Assembly (NCBI GenBank): GCA_964016885.1
Contig: OZ024745.1
Location: forward strand, 103,292,001-103,356,000
Length of the DNA stretch: 64,000 nucleotides
DNA from: Eledone cirrhosa
Taxonomy: Eukaryota
Reading direction: 5' to 3'
Within the stretch, counting starts at the first letter, position 1, and every line of letters starts with the position of its first letter. This document shows positions 62,654 through 64,000 of this stretch, one piece after another. The notes under the pieces were generated by a model. It was not told the origin of the DNA and ran no database searches. It saw nothing but the letters and a program-made list of their open reading frames with translations. The translations under genes and the position numbers were made by a program.

Positions 62654-64000
62654 TTATATTTAATGAATCTAAGATTACATACAATATTGTTTTAATATTA
62701 AAACTATTGTGTCTAATATCATACAAATGTATTCACAGCAATGTTTTTTTTTTTTTTTTTTTGTCATAGCAAAATGTGTTTAAATATAAAAATGTGGACA
62801 ATTGTCTCTAATGAAGAGCAAATGGAGACAAATTGATACATTTAGAAAAGCTACAGTTTACGTTTGCATTTCCAAAGGTAATTACAAGAACAGATAAAGA
62901 AATATAAATTGGTATTTCTAAAATTCTCAATTAGTTGAAAAGATAAAATTTAAATAAAATTAAAAAAATCAACAAACATATATTCCAGTGTGATAGTTTT
63001 CCCTTAAAAGAATTTCTTTTCAAAAGCGACAGCATCCTCATCTCTGACTGAACTAAATTCACAACTATGTAAAAATAACAACTTGATTTAAAATCGCGGT
63101 TTCATGATACTTGTATCATTATCATTTAAAATAACAGCTATGTAAAATCTGTATATAAAATATTGGTAATATTGATATTATTATTATCTCTATGGCAGAG
63201 GTGAGGAACCATTTTATGTTGGAAGATTGCATTGAAGTCAAGTGTATTAAAAAAATATATTTTATAAAATAATATTAGTCATAAAAACTCTAATAAAATG
63301 TAAATAAATTTCAACAGGTACCATAAATTTTTAAAAGCTTGTTTAAATGTTATTGGGAACATGCTCATTTCTAAAGGGGTGAACATGATGACAAATAAAT
63401 CATTGTGCTAGGCTACAGATCACATTTCCATTTCTAGAAGTAATAGTAAATGTAGATAAAGAAATATAAATAGTTGGTTCTAAAATTCACAAGTAGTTCA
63501 AACGATTGGTTTTAAATAAAAATTTACTCATCAAAAGTATATTCCTGCATAATGATTTTCCATCAAACATTTTTTTTCAGAAAGCCACAGCCTTCGCATC
63601 TCTGATCTAAAATTTCAATAATGTAAAAATAACATTATTTAATGTCACAGTTTTGCAATACTTTTATTTATGTAATGCAGTGCAACTTAAAAATAGAAAC
63701 TTAATCTAAAATCAAAAGTTCTAAGTATCATCAATTGCAGGTAAATTGTATTTGGCATTTGAAACATTGGAGAAACTGGACTGCTAATGACGAAATCTTT
63801 GACTTCTGTGATATCTGATCAGATCTAAATATCAGACGAGGCTCATGAGAGCACACATGGCTATTCCAGCATCTCAACTTTACAATTGTTCACCATAATA
63901 CTGCAAGTGTCTTGGCTTGTTTCCATTGATAAAGAAACAAATCTTATTCCTTTATTTAGCTTTTAATATAAATCACAGCAATTTTATCTAAAATCATGGT

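Overview
This is AT-rich, microsatellite-rich eukaryotic genomic DNA. The repeat content (tRNA-derived SINEs, RTE LINEs with (GAT)n tails, dense (TA)n) is most consistent with a cephalopod such as Octopus, which is inferred from family resemblance and not verified. I found no host protein-coding gene; the window is almost entirely a mosaic of mobile elements. Main contents: (1) one apparently intact single-ORF RTE-type LINE (7695-10826, APE+RT) plus a young 3' fragment of it; (2) a near full-length decayed Tx1/L1-clade LINE (15145-20487, minus) inside an (AAT)n tract; (3) a decayed RTE LINE with a PHD finger and many 3' fragments; (4) a decayed Penelope-like element; (5) Tigger, mariner, piggyBac-like and Harbinger/hAT-like DNA transposon remnants; (6) more than 15 SINE copies; (7) three tandem arrays grown out of LINE 3' ends; (8) a decayed 28S rRNA fragment. 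The most interesting signals are three. First, three unrelated non-coding inserts in (TA)n tracts each carry a complete type I hammerhead ribozyme core with a palindromic stem III and an enlarged stem II, and one has a 525-nt terminal redundancy typical of retrozymes or Penelope pseudo-LTRs. Second, the main SINE family and the Tx1-clade LINE share a similar 3' tail and an ATTATT target, suggesting a SINE/Tx1 partnership. Third, a TA-flanked element has fixed ends but variable interiors, including locally copied DNA. All alignments and folds were done by eye, and many boundaries are approximate.
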